A DNA stretch of 64,000 nt from Candidatus Hydrogenedentota bacterium (GCA_963745075.1 CAVUWV010000027.1:184969-248968), one strand, 5' to 3'. Shown: positions 1-9,836, counted from the stretch's first letter. The notes: generated from the sequence alone by a model not told the origin. Translations and numbers: made by a program.

Positions 1-1
1 C

Positions 2-1408
2 GGCGAGATGGACCGGCACGATCGCCCTCGTCCGCTCCGTGATGGCGGTCTCCACCGCTTCCGGATCGACGTTCAGCGTATCCGGCTGTATGTCTGCCAG
101 GACCAGCTTGGCGCCCATGTTGACGATGGTGTTTGCCGTGGACACCCACGTCAGCGGCGACGTGATGACTTCGTCGCCGGGTTTCACTCCCGCCTGTACA
201 AGGCACAGGTGCAACGCCGCCGTGCACGATGAGACGGCCACCGCGTGGGACGCCGAGACCCGGCCGGCAAAGGCCCGCTCGAATTCGGTTACCTTGGCGC
301 CGGTCGTCAGCCAACCGCTTCGCAAGACCTCGAGGACCGCCGCTTCCTCTTCTTTGCCGATGGACGGCGGCGAGAGCGGAATGAACCGGGCCGCAACCGG
401 TTCGCCGCCCTGCGACACGGGTGTGGCGAGCAATTCCTTCATGCGTCGCACGTTGAAATGGATCGTCGCAAAGGGGTCGATTCGCTCGTCCTGCAAATTC
501 TCCCGGATTTCCTCCGCGCCGCGGTCCGCAGTCCACTCCGCGTCGAACCCGAGGACGCGCTTTATTTTGTTGAACTGGACGTGGTAGCTGCGGAGGTCCT
601 CGTCGTCCTTCACAACTTCGAGCCGGACATCCTGGAACATGGCGAGAATTCGCTTGGCCAGGTCGATAATCTGATAATTGATGGCGTCCGCCCCGAGATT
701 GAAGATCTCTCCGCTCACGACTTTGGCGGGCGCCTCCGTCATGACGATCAGGGCCCGGGCGGCATCACGGACGTGGATGAATGGCCGCCACTGTTTCCCC
801 CCGCCGTAGACGTTAATGCGGCCGTTGCGCATGGCTGTCGCCACCATGAGGTTGATGGCGAGGTCAAACCGCATGCGCGGCGACCATCCGAAGAGCGTGG
901 CGGGCCGGGCGATGACAGGTTCAAAACTGGCCGACATCCGCTCAAGAAGGATTCGCTCCGACCCCAGCTTACTCTCCGCGTAGACGGATATGGGATTCGT
1001 CGGACTCCCTTCGTCGAGGATCTCGAACATGCCTCTCCCGTAGACGCTGCACGACGACGCCAGAACGAAACGGCGCACGCCATAGGTCAAGGCCATATCC
1101 GCAATGCGCTCCGTACTCGCCAGATTCACATCCAGGGCCATTTCCGGGTCCAGGTCGCACGAGGGATCATTCGCCAGTCCGGCGAGGTGAATGATTGCGT
1201 CGGCGCCGTCGAACAGCTCTGGGAAGTCGGCGATGCGGCGGATATCGCCGCGGACGAAAGTGCAACCGGGCAGCGCATTCAACGCTTCCGTTACGTTTTC
1301 ACCAAAACATAAGCGGTCGAGAATTCGGACTTCATGACCTTTTTCCACGAGCTGCCGGACCACATGGTTTCCCAGATATCCGGCGCCACCCGTCACCACA
1401 ACGCGCAT
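2..1408 (-). CDS. Fused NAD-dependent epimerase/dehydratase + DegT/DnrJ/EryC1/StrS PLP aminotransferase (runs off window start)
   Basis: Manual translation from ATG 1408 gives MRVVVTGGAGYLG (Rossmann motif) and YAESK (YxxxK). It continues in frame through NVRRMKELL (ATG 442, same frame) into FIPLSPPSIG...SGWLTTG...SSCTAALHL...PGDEVITSPLTW. Absent from the ORF track because there is no stop in the window. Confidence 0.88.
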   Translation of the reverse strand, partial: MRVVVTGGAGYLGNHVVRQLVEKGHEVRILDRLCFGENVTEALNALPGCTFVRGDIRRIADFPELFDGADAIIHLAGLANDPSCDLDPEMALDVNLASTERIADMALTYGVRRFVLASSCSVYGRGMFEILDEGSPTNPISVYAESKLGSERILLERMSASFEPVIARPATLFGWSPRMRFDLAINLMVATAMRNGRINVYGGGKQWRPFIHVRDAARALIVMTEAPAKVVSGEIFNLGADAINYQIIDLAKRILAMFQDVRLEVVKDDEDLRSYHVQFNKIKRVLGFDAEWTADRGAEEIRENLQDERIDPFATIHFNVRRMKELLATPVSQGGEPVAARFIPLSPPSIGKEEEAAVLEVLRSGWLTTGAKVTEFERAFAGRVSASHAVAVSSCTAALHLCLVQAGVKPGDEVITSPLTWVSTANTIVNMGAKLVLADIQPDTLNVDPEAVETAITERTRAIVPVHLA

Positions 1409-1628
1409 TGTCTATCGCTCCCGGAAGTTGCGGAGTTTACGAGGGCGAGGTCCCGAAACCTCGATTGCAGGTTACCTTCCCCTCATGACCTTGTATATCA
1501 GCGGCTTGACTATAGCTGGGCAGGCTGTTAGCATCAAATCTTTAGGAGCCCGCAAACCGTGCAATACCGGAAATCGTGGCATCGGTGCAGGCCCACTGGG
1601 TTCCGGGCCCGCCACAGTAGGTGAGACA

Positions 1629-2243
1629 ATGTCTGAAGCAAAGAACCGTGTGTTCACCAGTGGGGAAGTAGCAGCAATTTGCGGCGTGTCGCCGGATACG
1701 GTGTCGCGTTGGTTCGATCTTGGACAGATTGAGGGCTATCGGCTGGGGCCGGGCGGCGACCGGCGCATTCCGTACGAAAGCCTCCGTCAGTTCATGCTCA
1801 GCCATGGCATTCCGCTCGAACGGCTCGAGGAGGGCGAGAAACGTGTGCTGGTGGTGGACGACGACCCCTACTATCTGGACGTGATCCCGGCGGCGCTGGC
1901 GAAATCGGGCGATTACAAGGTGTTTGTCGCATCGACCGGGTTCGACGCGGGCACCCAGGTCGCCGAACACAACCCGCACGTGATCATTCTCGATATCCAC
2001 CTCTCCGATATGGACGGGCGGATGGTGTGCGAACGGGTGAAAACGCGGGCCGAAACCAAGACGACCCGGATCCTGGCCATTTCAGGCTATATCGATGATG
2101 ATGAAGCCAAGATGCTGACGGATTACGGGTTCGACGATTATCTCAAGAAACCCTTTAGTCTGGCCGATTTGTGTTCGCGCGTGGAGCGCTTGATGGAATT
2201 GCCGGCGGCGCGGATCGCACGACCCAAGCAGCCCCACTTCTGA
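1629..2243 (+). CDS. Response regulator with N-terminal excisionase/MerR-like HTH and C-terminal receiver domain
   Basis: FTSGEVAAICGVSPDTVSRW...GGDRRI HTH; receiver motifs VLVVDDD, IILDIHL, YLKKPF. Confidence 0.88.
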   Translation: MSEAKNRVFTSGEVAAICGVSPDTVSRWFDLGQIEGYRLGPGGDRRIPYESLRQFMLSHGIPLERLEEGEKRVLVVDDDPYYLDVIPAALAKSGDYKVFVASTGFDAGTQVAEHNPHVIILDIHLSDMDGRMVCERVKTRAETKTTRILAISGYIDDDEAKMLTDYGFDDYLKKPFSLADLCSRVERLMELPAARIARPKQPHF

Positions 2244-2257
2244 CCGCCGGCCGTTCG

Positions 2258-2839
2258 ATGGGATACAGCACGCGAATTGACGATGCTTTTGCTTTTGCCC
2301 ATCGCGTCCACCGTGACCAGCGCCGCAAAGGTTCCGGTGCGCCCTTCATCACCCATATCATGTCCGTGGCCGCGCTCGTGGGCGAGTTCGGCGGCAACGA
2401 AAACCAGTTCATTGCGGCGCTCCTGCATGACGCGGTCGAGGACGGGGAAGGGCGCAAAACGCTGACGGAAATCCGGCAAGCCTTCGGGGACCCAATCGGC
2501 GACCTCGTGGAAGGGTGCACGGACGCGTTCACTCAACCGAAACCCCCCTGGCTCGAACGTAAGAAAAACTTTATCCAGGCGGTTCGCGGCGCATCTCCTG
2601 AATTGCGGCTCATTGTCGCGGCCGACAAGCTGCACAATGTACGTATCATCACGCGGGATTTGCGCGAGGAAGGCCCCCTCGTATGGGAGCGGTTTCAGGG
2701 TAAGCGGGACGGAAGCCTCTGGTACTACACCGAAATCCTGGGTGTTCTTTCCCAGGGATGGGAGCATCCGATTCTCGACGAGTTGGATAAGTCGGTCGCG
2801 GTCCTTCAGGCAACGGATCGTCAGTGCTCCAGTGACTGA
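2258..2839 (+). CDS. HD-domain protein, RelA/SpoT hydrolase-like (small alarmone hydrolase/Mesh1-like)
   Basis: AHRVHRDQRRKGSGAPFITH, AALLHDAVED and ADKLHN motifs. Confidence 0.85.
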   Translation: MGYSTRIDDAFAFAHRVHRDQRRKGSGAPFITHIMSVAALVGEFGGNENQFIAALLHDAVEDGEGRKTLTEIRQAFGDPIGDLVEGCTDAFTQPKPPWLERKKNFIQAVRGASPELRLIVAADKLHNVRIITRDLREEGPLVWERFQGKRDGSLWYYTEILGVLSQGWEHPILDELDKSVAVLQATDRQCSSD

Positions 2840-2985
2840 AGACCCGGATGGGTGGCGGCTCGTGCCAGCGACCCCCGCTTGATTCGGTTTTAGGTCTGGG
2901 CTATATTCCTGATTCAGGCACGCGCCCTGTTCACTTTCGCAAGATCCCCATGGGAACGGAAAATCCGCGCAGGGAAGGACGGTAA

Positions 2986-4095
2986 ATGGCACGCGTAGAA
3001 TTGCGAACGGTCCGCAAGGTCTACCCCGGCGGGGTGGAGGCGGTGAAGTCGGCTTCGCTCGAAGTCCAGGACAAAGAGTTTGTGGTGCTGGTCGGTCCCT
3101 CCGGATGTGGCAAGTCCACGACGCTGCGGATGATTGCGGGGCTCGAAGAGATTTCGGACGGCGAAATCTTTATCGGCGATACCCTCGTCAACAATGTGCC
3201 GCCCAAGAACCGCGATATCGCGATGGTCTTCCAGAACTACGCCCTCTATCCCCACATGACCGTTTACAAGAACATGGCCTTCGGGCTCATGTTGCGGAAG
3301 TATCCCAAGAAAGAGATCGAGCAGCGGGTGCGGGACGCGGCGCGAATCCTCGGCATCGAGCACCTTCTCGACCGCAAACCCAAGGCCTTGTCAGGCGGCG
3401 AGCGGCAGCGTGTGGCAGTGGGACGGGCCATCGTCCGGCAGCCCAAGGTGTTCCTCTTCGACGAGCCCTTGTCGAACCTGGATGCGAAATTGCGGGTTCA
3501 GATGCGCGCGGAGATCAGCAAACTCCACACCCGCCTTCAGTCCACCATGATCTACGTGACCCACGATCAGGTGGAAGCCATGACGATGGGGGATCGCATC
3601 GTGGTGATGCTGGGCGGCGAGATTCAGCAGATTGCGAGTCCGCTCGAGCTATACAACCGGCCTGTAAACAAGTTCGTGGCGGGGTTTATTGGGAGCCCTC
3701 CGATGAACCTGATTGACGGAACCCTTACCGGTGAGAACGGCGCGCTCTGGTTTCAGGATAAGAGCAATGCCGTGCGGCTTTCGGTCGCGTCCGCGCACCG
3801 GGAAGCGCTGACTGCTTACGAGGGTAAGAACGTCATATTCGGTATGCGGCCCGAGCATTTCGTCGACAACACCGGTCAGACTCCCAAGGAGGGGAGGAGC
3901 ATTACGGCGAATGTCGAGGTTGTGGAACCCATGGGCTCGGAAATCTACCTCCACCTCGACATCGGCGGAACCATCTGCACCGCCCGCGTGAATACCGACG
4001 AAGAGCCACCGGTCAATGAGGCACACGTGATCGATGTGCTCATGGACAAAGCCCACTATTTCGATCCCGATACGGAAAAGGCCATTGTGCAATAG
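2986..4095 (+). CDS. Carbohydrate ABC transporter ATP-binding subunit (MalK/MsmX/UgpC family)
   Basis: Walker A GPSGCGKST, VFQNYALYPHM, LSGGERQR, FLFDEPLSNLD, and a C-terminal TOBE-like region. Confidence 0.95.
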   Translation: MARVELRTVRKVYPGGVEAVKSASLEVQDKEFVVLVGPSGCGKSTTLRMIAGLEEISDGEIFIGDTLVNNVPPKNRDIAMVFQNYALYPHMTVYKNMAFGLMLRKYPKKEIEQRVRDAARILGIEHLLDRKPKALSGGERQRVAVGRAIVRQPKVFLFDEPLSNLDAKLRVQMRAEISKLHTRLQSTMIYVTHDQVEAMTMGDRIVVMLGGEIQQIASPLELYNRPVNKFVAGFIGSPPMNLIDGTLTGENGALWFQDKSNAVRLSVASAHREALTAYEGKNVIFGMRPEHFVDNTGQTPKEGRSITANVEVVEPMGSEIYLHLDIGGTICTARVNTDEEPPVNEAHVIDVLMDKAHYFDPDTEKAIVQ

Positions 4096-4167
4096 GGCCG
4101 TGGACCCCGCTGCTGTTTCCGTGACTTCCTCATATCGTCCGGTACAATCGGACAAACCATTCATCCA

Positions 4168-5337
4168 ATGAGTATCGATCCCAAAGACGCCGCCAACCGG
4201 TTCGAATCGCAATTCGGCGCGCCACCGGAAATCCTCGTCCGTGCACCCGGCCGCGTGAATCTCATCGGGGAACACACCGACTACAACCACGGCTTCGTGC
4301 TGCCCATGGCTATCGATCGGGACACCGCGATCGCGGCCCGGTCCCGGGCGGATGATGTCCTGCGTATTTACGCCGCAAACTTGGACGATTGGGGCCAATG
4401 TCGCGTGGGCAAATGGGAGCGTTCCGATACGCATCCCTGGAGCGACTACATTGCCGGGGTGGGCCAAGAAGTCGAGCGGCTCGAACGGCCGGTGCGTGGT
4501 GCGGATGTCCTTCTCCTTGGAGATGTTCCCATCGGCGCGGGTCTCAGCAGCTCCGCCAGTGTGGAAATGGCCGCCCTGGCCCTGTTCGAAACCCTGGGCG
4601 ATTTTACGCTGCAACCTGCCGAGGCGGCGGCGCTGGGGCAACGGGTGGAGAACGATTTTCTGGGGGTCTCCAGTGGCATTATGGATCAGTTCGTTGTTCG
4701 AGCGGCTCAATCCGGTCACGCGCTGTTTCTCGATTGCCGATCCCTGGAATACGAGCAAGTCCCTGTCGGGCTTGATGATGCCGCGTTTGTGATCGCCGAT
4801 ACCGGCGTGGCGCGCGGTCTCGCCGGTTCGGCGTACAACGACCGGGTTCGCGAATGCGCCGAGGCGGTTCGAATCCTTCAAACGAAGACCAGCCGAAAGG
4901 GCACCCACCTTCGTGATTTCAGTCTCATCGAGTTGGACTTGGCCCAGGCAGACGTGTCCGACACAATTTTCCGCCGCGCCCGGCACGTTATTTCGGAGAA
5001 TGCTCGCACACAGGAAGCCTGTGAGGCGCTGCGATCCGGCGACGCAGTCCGGCTTGGCGCGTTATTCAATGCTTCCGACCGGAGCCTTCGTGACGACTAC
5101 GCCGTTACCTGCCCGGAATTGGATGCGATGACCGCTATTGCCCGGTCCCTGCCCGGCTGCTACGGTAGCCGGATGACCGGGGCGGGCTTCGGGGGCTGCA
5201 CCGTGCATTTGGTGGGTACAAATCACGCACGAGAATTCTGCGCGACCCTTCTAAATGCATATAATGCACAAATCGGGATCGGATGCGCTGTGTATACCAC
5301 TTACCCAGCACGAGGGGCGTCCTCGCTCACGCTCTAA
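4168..5337 (+). CDS. galK: Galactokinase
   Basis: APGRVNLIGEHTDYN, PIGAGLSSSA, GIMDQ, GSRMTGAGFGG. Confidence 0.93.
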   Translation: MSIDPKDAANRFESQFGAPPEILVRAPGRVNLIGEHTDYNHGFVLPMAIDRDTAIAARSRADDVLRIYAANLDDWGQCRVGKWERSDTHPWSDYIAGVGQEVERLERPVRGADVLLLGDVPIGAGLSSSASVEMAALALFETLGDFTLQPAEAAALGQRVENDFLGVSSGIMDQFVVRAAQSGHALFLDCRSLEYEQVPVGLDDAAFVIADTGVARGLAGSAYNDRVRECAEAVRILQTKTSRKGTHLRDFSLIELDLAQADVSDTIFRRARHVISENARTQEACEALRSGDAVRLGALFNASDRSLRDDYAVTCPELDAMTAIARSLPGCYGSRMTGAGFGGCTVHLVGTNHAREFCATLLNAYNAQIGIGCAVYTTYPARGASSLTL

Positions 5338-5632
5338 GCTTTACTGCTTTGATGATACCGTATATCCCGTAAGTGCCAAATATTCCTTTTTCTTGCGATC
5401 CCGTTTTGATCGTTTTATCGTATGTAATTTATTGGTGTATAAGTGTTTACGAAGTAAAGAGATTATTGTTGTTTGCATTCTAAGGATTTGTTCGGCATAA
5501 TCATCGGAGGGAGAGGAAGTCGTATTGGCGGTCTCGACTGCCGATACTTTCTACCTTTTATTTGAATTGGTTGGAGATTACTGAAATTTGCGGCGAATCG
5601 AGACGATGAACCGAGTGAGGGTTTGCGCGGAC

Positions 5633-6133
5633 ATGCAAAACGACCTCAAAATAGCTTGGATGCGAGGCGGCCCCAAAGCCCTCCGCGAGGAGTGCGGGGT
5701 TACGCTCGTAGAACTGATGATCGCCGCCGGGGTTTTGGCAGTCGCCATTGTTCTTCTGCTCGGCGGTCTCATCTCGATCGGCGAAACCAACGCGATCACA
5801 GAGAACCAGACCGTCGCGAGCGCATATCTCGAAAGTGTCGTTGAGGAAACGCAAGCGCTTTCGTACGACCAATTACTGGCTTATCAGCCGCCCGCGATGA
5901 CGGGGCTGGGCGCGAGTTCGACGATTCAAGTGCAATGTATGGATTCCGCCGGCAACCCCGTGATGCTGCCGGTGGACCCGGCGAGTCTCGGCGGGGCTCT
6001 GCCAAACCCCACGGAAGTTCAGATCACCGTGGTGTGGAACGACGTGCGTGGCCGCGTATTCACGGCGCGAACCTCGACCCTTTGCAGGAGATGGAGGCAT
6101 GTACCGTTCGGAAGAAGGCATGACCTTGATTGA
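5633..6133 (+). CDS. Prepilin-type N-methylation protein (PilV-like minor pilin), cassette 1
   Basis: Class III signal G|VTLVELMIAAGVLAVAI. The start is uncertain (5633 or 5660) and the 3' end overlaps the next gene by 35 nt. Confidence 0.8.
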   Translation: MQNDLKIAWMRGGPKALREECGVTLVELMIAAGVLAVAIVLLLGGLISIGETNAITENQTVASAYLESVVEETQALSYDQLLAYQPPAMTGLGASSTIQVQCMDSAGNPVMLPVDPASLGGALPNPTEVQITVVWNDVRGRVFTARTSTLCRRWRHVPFGRRHDLD

Positions 6134-6722
6134 ACTCATGATCGTCGTGGCGATTCTCACGTCGGTCTTGGGGCTCCTGTTTTTGCTGGGGGATAATCTC
6201 CAGCAGTCCGTGGCGGCGCGGGAGACCAAAGTAGCGACGCAGGACGACGTCCGCGTGGCGATGCAGCGGATCATGCTGGAGCTGCGCCAGAGCGCCCGGG
6301 CGTCCATTCCGTGGAATACCCTTCCCGGTGAGACCATTTCGTATCAACGGGCCGAAGACCTCGACGGCAATGGTACGGCCGTAGATATCGGCGGGTTTTT
6401 GGAACTGGGTCCGCAACGAACGATTCAACGCGATGTCAACGACGCGAATGGCGACGGTCGTACGACGACGCAGTTGGTGGTGATTGAAGGCGCGAACGCC
6501 ACCGTTCTCGCGAATGGGCTGCTCGAGAACGAGGACGCGAACGCCAATGGCGTGCTGGATGCAGGGGAAGATGAGAACAACAACGGGGTCCTGGAACGCG
6601 GGGTGTGGTTCGAGTCCGTAGGGACTGGATTGCGAATAACGCTGCAGGCGCAGCGTTTGCCGGGACCGAGGAGCCAAGTGGTGACGTCGCAACTGACGGA
6701 GATCGTGGTTCCGAGGAACTAG
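6099..6722 (+). CDS. Prepilin-type N-methylation protein (PilW-like), cassette 1
   Basis: G|MTLIELMIVVAIL; repeated DxDGNG/DANGDG/DANANG acidic loops; GGAGG RBS upstream. Confidence 0.85.
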   Translation: MYRSEEGMTLIELMIVVAILTSVLGLLFLLGDNLQQSVAARETKVATQDDVRVAMQRIMLELRQSARASIPWNTLPGETISYQRAEDLDGNGTAVDIGGFLELGPQRTIQRDVNDANGDGRTTTQLVVIEGANATVLANGLLENEDANANGVLDAGEDENNNGVLERGVWFESVGTGLRITLQAQRLPGPRSQVVTSQLTEIVVPRN

Positions 6723-6724
6723 CC

Positions 6725-8401
6725 ATGAAAACACACACTGCGAGAAACGAAGAAGGGATGGCGCTGCTTGTGGCGACAATCTTTGTGGCCATCGCCATCC
6801 TCATGCTGAGTGCGCTGTCCATGCGCGTGGTGCAACAGAACAGCCAATCGCTCCAGTACAAGTTCTACAACGATGCGTTCACGGGCGTTGAATCGGCCGT
6901 GGCGGAAAGTTGGGTGGAACTGGAACGAGGGCAAGACGGCATGATCGGCCTGGGAACCTGGGTCCCTCCCGTGGGGGCGGTCGGTCGCGTGTTGCCAACC
7001 TTCGATGATAGCGGCATCCTGCCGGAAATGAGCACGACGCAACCCACCGTCGAGTACATGGCGTACGCGGATGACTGGTCCAGCAACGGGGAGGACGACG
7101 ACGGGGACGGCACCGTCGACGATATCGGGGAGAACTTTACCTACACGGTCTACGGGTACGCCCGGAACCGGGGGATTACCCGGAACGTGCAGGTTGTTTT
7201 GAAGGGATTCGATGTCAACGTGTGGCGCAACGCAATCTTCGCGGGCGCCGGGCAATCCGGCGGGTTGATTAATGGTAACGTAAGCATTCACGGATCGGTC
7301 CATTTGCTGGGCGACAATGTGGTTGACGGGAACGCGGTGCTTTCCGCCATCGATCTGAGCGGCACGAGCCTAATCCACAACAACTATGTAGGGCTTCCGG
7401 CGGATCTGGCGGTCCGCATTCCGGCGCTGGACACCGTGCTCTTCGACGGAGAGATGGTCGAGACGCTTGCGGCGAAGCTTCGCGTCAAACACGGGCTCGT
7501 CGGAATGTCCGGTAATTCGGAAATCGGTGAGCCGAACGTAAGTGGGAACACCATCAAAGAAACGATGGACGCCACGTACGTGAGCGATGGATGGACCGGC
7601 ACCTCGGTGGACGACGACGGCAGCCGGGGAGACCCCACCAACGTGTGGAGTGACAACGGGTGGGATGATTCCTACGACCTCGGCGACAAGATCCCGATGC
7701 CGTATCTGAACAGCGATTACCGCGAGCTTGGCACGGGGAACACGTATGTCAATCCCGCGACGCTCGCGAACTACACGCACTCCGAGTACTTCGAACAGGT
7801 GCTGGCGGGTACGCCCTATTCGGGGGACATGACCATTCAGGCCAATCAGGACTTTTACTACAACGCGACACGACCTACGGACACCGATCCGAACAACCGG
7901 CTTGCAACCGACAGTTACATCTTGTTCGACGCAGCATCGAACCGCATGGAGGTGAACGGTCAAATTCAGGTGGACGGCAGTCTTACCATCACCCGCGGGG
8001 GCGGTAACGACAAGTCGATAGACTACACCGGCCGGGCGGCGATTCTTGCGAAGGGCGATGTGACTCTGGATACCGACCTGCTGGCAGTCAACTCGAACGG
8101 GACCACGGCCAACAGTTTCCCGGCGAATAACATTCTCGGCATCATGGCCGAACAGGACCTGAACGTGGGTTCGCTTTCGCAGTTGACGCTCATGGGCGCG
8201 TTCTATGCCCAAGGTACGGTTACATCGAGTAAGCAAACCACCACGGTGGGTACCATCGTCGGCACTTATTTCGATATGGGTACCAATGTTCCGGAGATCT
8301 ATCAAGTGCCCGAACTGGCGGACAACCTTCCTTTGGGAATGATCGGCGCATATCCGATTCTGGTCTTCGAGCAGGTTGCATGGCGTGAGATCGGAACATG
8401 A
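6725..8401 (+). CDS. PilX-like large minor pilin, cassette 1
   Basis: G|MALLVATIFVAIAIL lacks E5, as PilX/GspK do; long beta-rich C-terminus ending VAWREIG. Confidence 0.78.
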   Translation: MKTHTARNEEGMALLVATIFVAIAILMLSALSMRVVQQNSQSLQYKFYNDAFTGVESAVAESWVELERGQDGMIGLGTWVPPVGAVGRVLPTFDDSGILPEMSTTQPTVEYMAYADDWSSNGEDDDGDGTVDDIGENFTYTVYGYARNRGITRNVQVVLKGFDVNVWRNAIFAGAGQSGGLINGNVSIHGSVHLLGDNVVDGNAVLSAIDLSGTSLIHNNYVGLPADLAVRIPALDTVLFDGEMVETLAAKLRVKHGLVGMSGNSEIGEPNVSGNTIKETMDATYVSDGWTGTSVDDDGSRGDPTNVWSDNGWDDSYDLGDKIPMPYLNSDYRELGTGNTYVNPATLANYTHSEYFEQVLAGTPYSGDMTIQANQDFYYNATRPTDTDPNNRLATDSYILFDAASNRMEVNGQIQVDGSLTITRGGGNDKSIDYTGRAAILAKGDVTLDTDLLAVNSNGTTANSFPANNILGIMAEQDLNVGSLSQLTLMGAFYAQGTVTSSKQTTTVGTIVGTYFDMGTNVPEIYQVPELADNLPLGMIGAYPILVFEQVAWREIGT

Positions 8402-8931
8402 GCGTACCGGACGTGAATAGCTTCGTGCGCACGAACTGGCACCTGCTCCTGGTCTTTGTGCTGGTTCTGGCCGCGATTCCCGTGGTCGCGATGCGCCAGT
8501 CCTCCGAAAAGGCTTCGCCACAAGAAATGCAGGCCGCAGCGACCGGCCGTGCCAGTGTCGCCGCATTGCAAATCAAGCCGCGCGACCCGCGGGAAACTTC
8601 GCGCGATGTGGCCAGGAAAACCATTGCGTCTCATCAACAGCGTTTGGCGGCAGATCCCCAGAGTGCGGACGCACCGGCGCTGCTCTGCGCCATGGGCAAC
8701 CTGTACCGGCAGCGCCTGAGCGACTACGAGCAAGCCGCGAACTGTTTTGAGCGTATGGTCCGCGACTATCCCGACGCACCCAACGTTCGCGAGGCGTATC
8801 TCCAGCTCGTCATTTGCTACGAACGTCTCGGCGATACGGAAAACCGGACGCGCATCCTCCGCAAGATGCTGAGCGACTTCCCTTCCGATTCCGAGGAGCA
8901 TCTGTACGCCTCCCGCGAGTTGGGCTTGTAG
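8398..8931 (+). CDS. Membrane-anchored TPR protein
   Basis: N-terminal hydrophobic helix; TPR-like APALLCAMGNLY...YEQAANCFERMVRDYP; ATGA overlap with the upstream stop. Confidence 0.8.
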   Translation: MSVPDVNSFVRTNWHLLLVFVLVLAAIPVVAMRQSSEKASPQEMQAAATGRASVAALQIKPRDPRETSRDVARKTIASHQQRLAADPQSADAPALLCAMGNLYRQRLSDYEQAANCFERMVRDYPDAPNVREAYLQLVICYERLGDTENRTRILRKMLSDFPSDSEEHLYASRELGL

Positions 8932-8999
8932 CCTTCCAGAACCTCCACACCTGAGCGCACTCCACAATCCAATGGGCAAGGGTTATATAAGGATAACTA

Positions 9000-9028
9000 T
9001 TGACAAAATGTGCAAAATTTTACATACT
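9000..9028 (+). promoter_or_regulatory. Sigma70-type promoter for pilin cassette 2
   Basis: TTGACA (9000-9005), 17-bp spacer, CATACT (9023-9028). Confidence 0.7.
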
Positions 9029-9408
9029 AGTCATGGATAGTACCAGGAGGTTGTTACGTAGAGCCGAAAAGGTCGATGCCTTTGGTATAGGAGCGGAAGC
9101 GACTTCGCTTCAAGGTTTTACGGTTATTGCGGAACCTTCGGTTTTGCAAAACCGGGAAACCTGTGGCACAATTCCCTTTGAGCGCAATCTGGGACCTTGC
9201 GCATCCGCGACTGGGCGATTTGACGACAAGTTGAGTTGCATCTGTGGGCCACATTCATTCCCTGGTCTGTCCAGGGAAAGGACACCCACCGGTGCTTCCG
9301 GCGCGGAGGCGAAGGTTCCGGGAAATGCGTGCCTACCGATTTCCTGTCCTCACGCCCCCGTACGATCCTGCATGGCCCTATGGGGTATGTCTGGGAGGAT
9401 TGAGAACG

Positions 9409-9822
9409 ATGCGACTGAGGCAGCTGAAAGAGAAGCAAGGCGTTACGCTACTGGAACTGACGGTTGCCATGGCCGTATTTACGGTCGTTCTAGGGGCGAC
9501 AGCGCAAGCGTTGGTCTCGTATTACGTGGCCCTGGACACCCAGAACCAGCGCCACACCGCGGTGCGCAATTGCGCGGGAATCATCAGCAATATGCGCGAC
9601 GTACGCGACGCGAATCCCAATTCGTTTCCCGACGCCATTGTGGCGGAATGGCCGGATGGGGCCGAAGTGGCCGGCGTGGGATCTTTGCAGCAGGAAGTCA
9701 TTACCGTCGACTACGGGAATCCCAGCGCCAATCCTCTGCAAGTCACCGTTCGCAGTCAATGGGTCGATCTGCGCGGCCGACCCGTGAGCCTGGAAATGTC
9801 CACCATGCTGACGGACCGCTAA
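9409..9822 (+). CDS. Prepilin-type N-methylation protein (PilV-like), cassette 2
   Basis: G|VTLLELTVAMAVF; GGAGG upstream; the C-terminus PNPLQVTVRSQWVDLRGR resembles PNPTEVQITVVWNDVRGR of cassette 1. Confidence 0.85.
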   Translation: MRLRQLKEKQGVTLLELTVAMAVFTVVLGATAQALVSYYVALDTQNQRHTAVRNCAGIISNMRDVRDANPNSFPDAIVAEWPDGAEVAGVGSLQQEVITVDYGNPSANPLQVTVRSQWVDLRGRPVSLEMSTMLTDR

Positions 9823-9836
9823 TGGAGGGCGTTTCG

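Noticed and set aside
245..1312. 355-aa plus-strand ORF and other long antisense ORFs (e.g. 3649-4986, 10984-12552, 16073-17311, 51040-52578)
   Set aside because: These are shadows of well-supported opposite-strand genes in GC-rich DNA and carry no recognisable motifs.
6090..6133. Functional 35-nt overlap of the first two pilin genes
   Set aside because: The paralogue in cassette 2 stops at the equivalent point, so a lost or miscalled stop is the simpler explanation.
9143..9175. Firm c-di-GMP-I riboswitch annotation
   Set aside because: Only a loose GCAAA...GAAA...GCACAA resemblance with a mismatched stem; the second stem and receptor are not recognisable.
9000..9836. N-terminal 279 aa of the 488-aa ORF 9000-10466
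   Set aside because: It overlaps the promoter, leader and PilV-like gene. The prepilin signal and RBS place the start at 9837.
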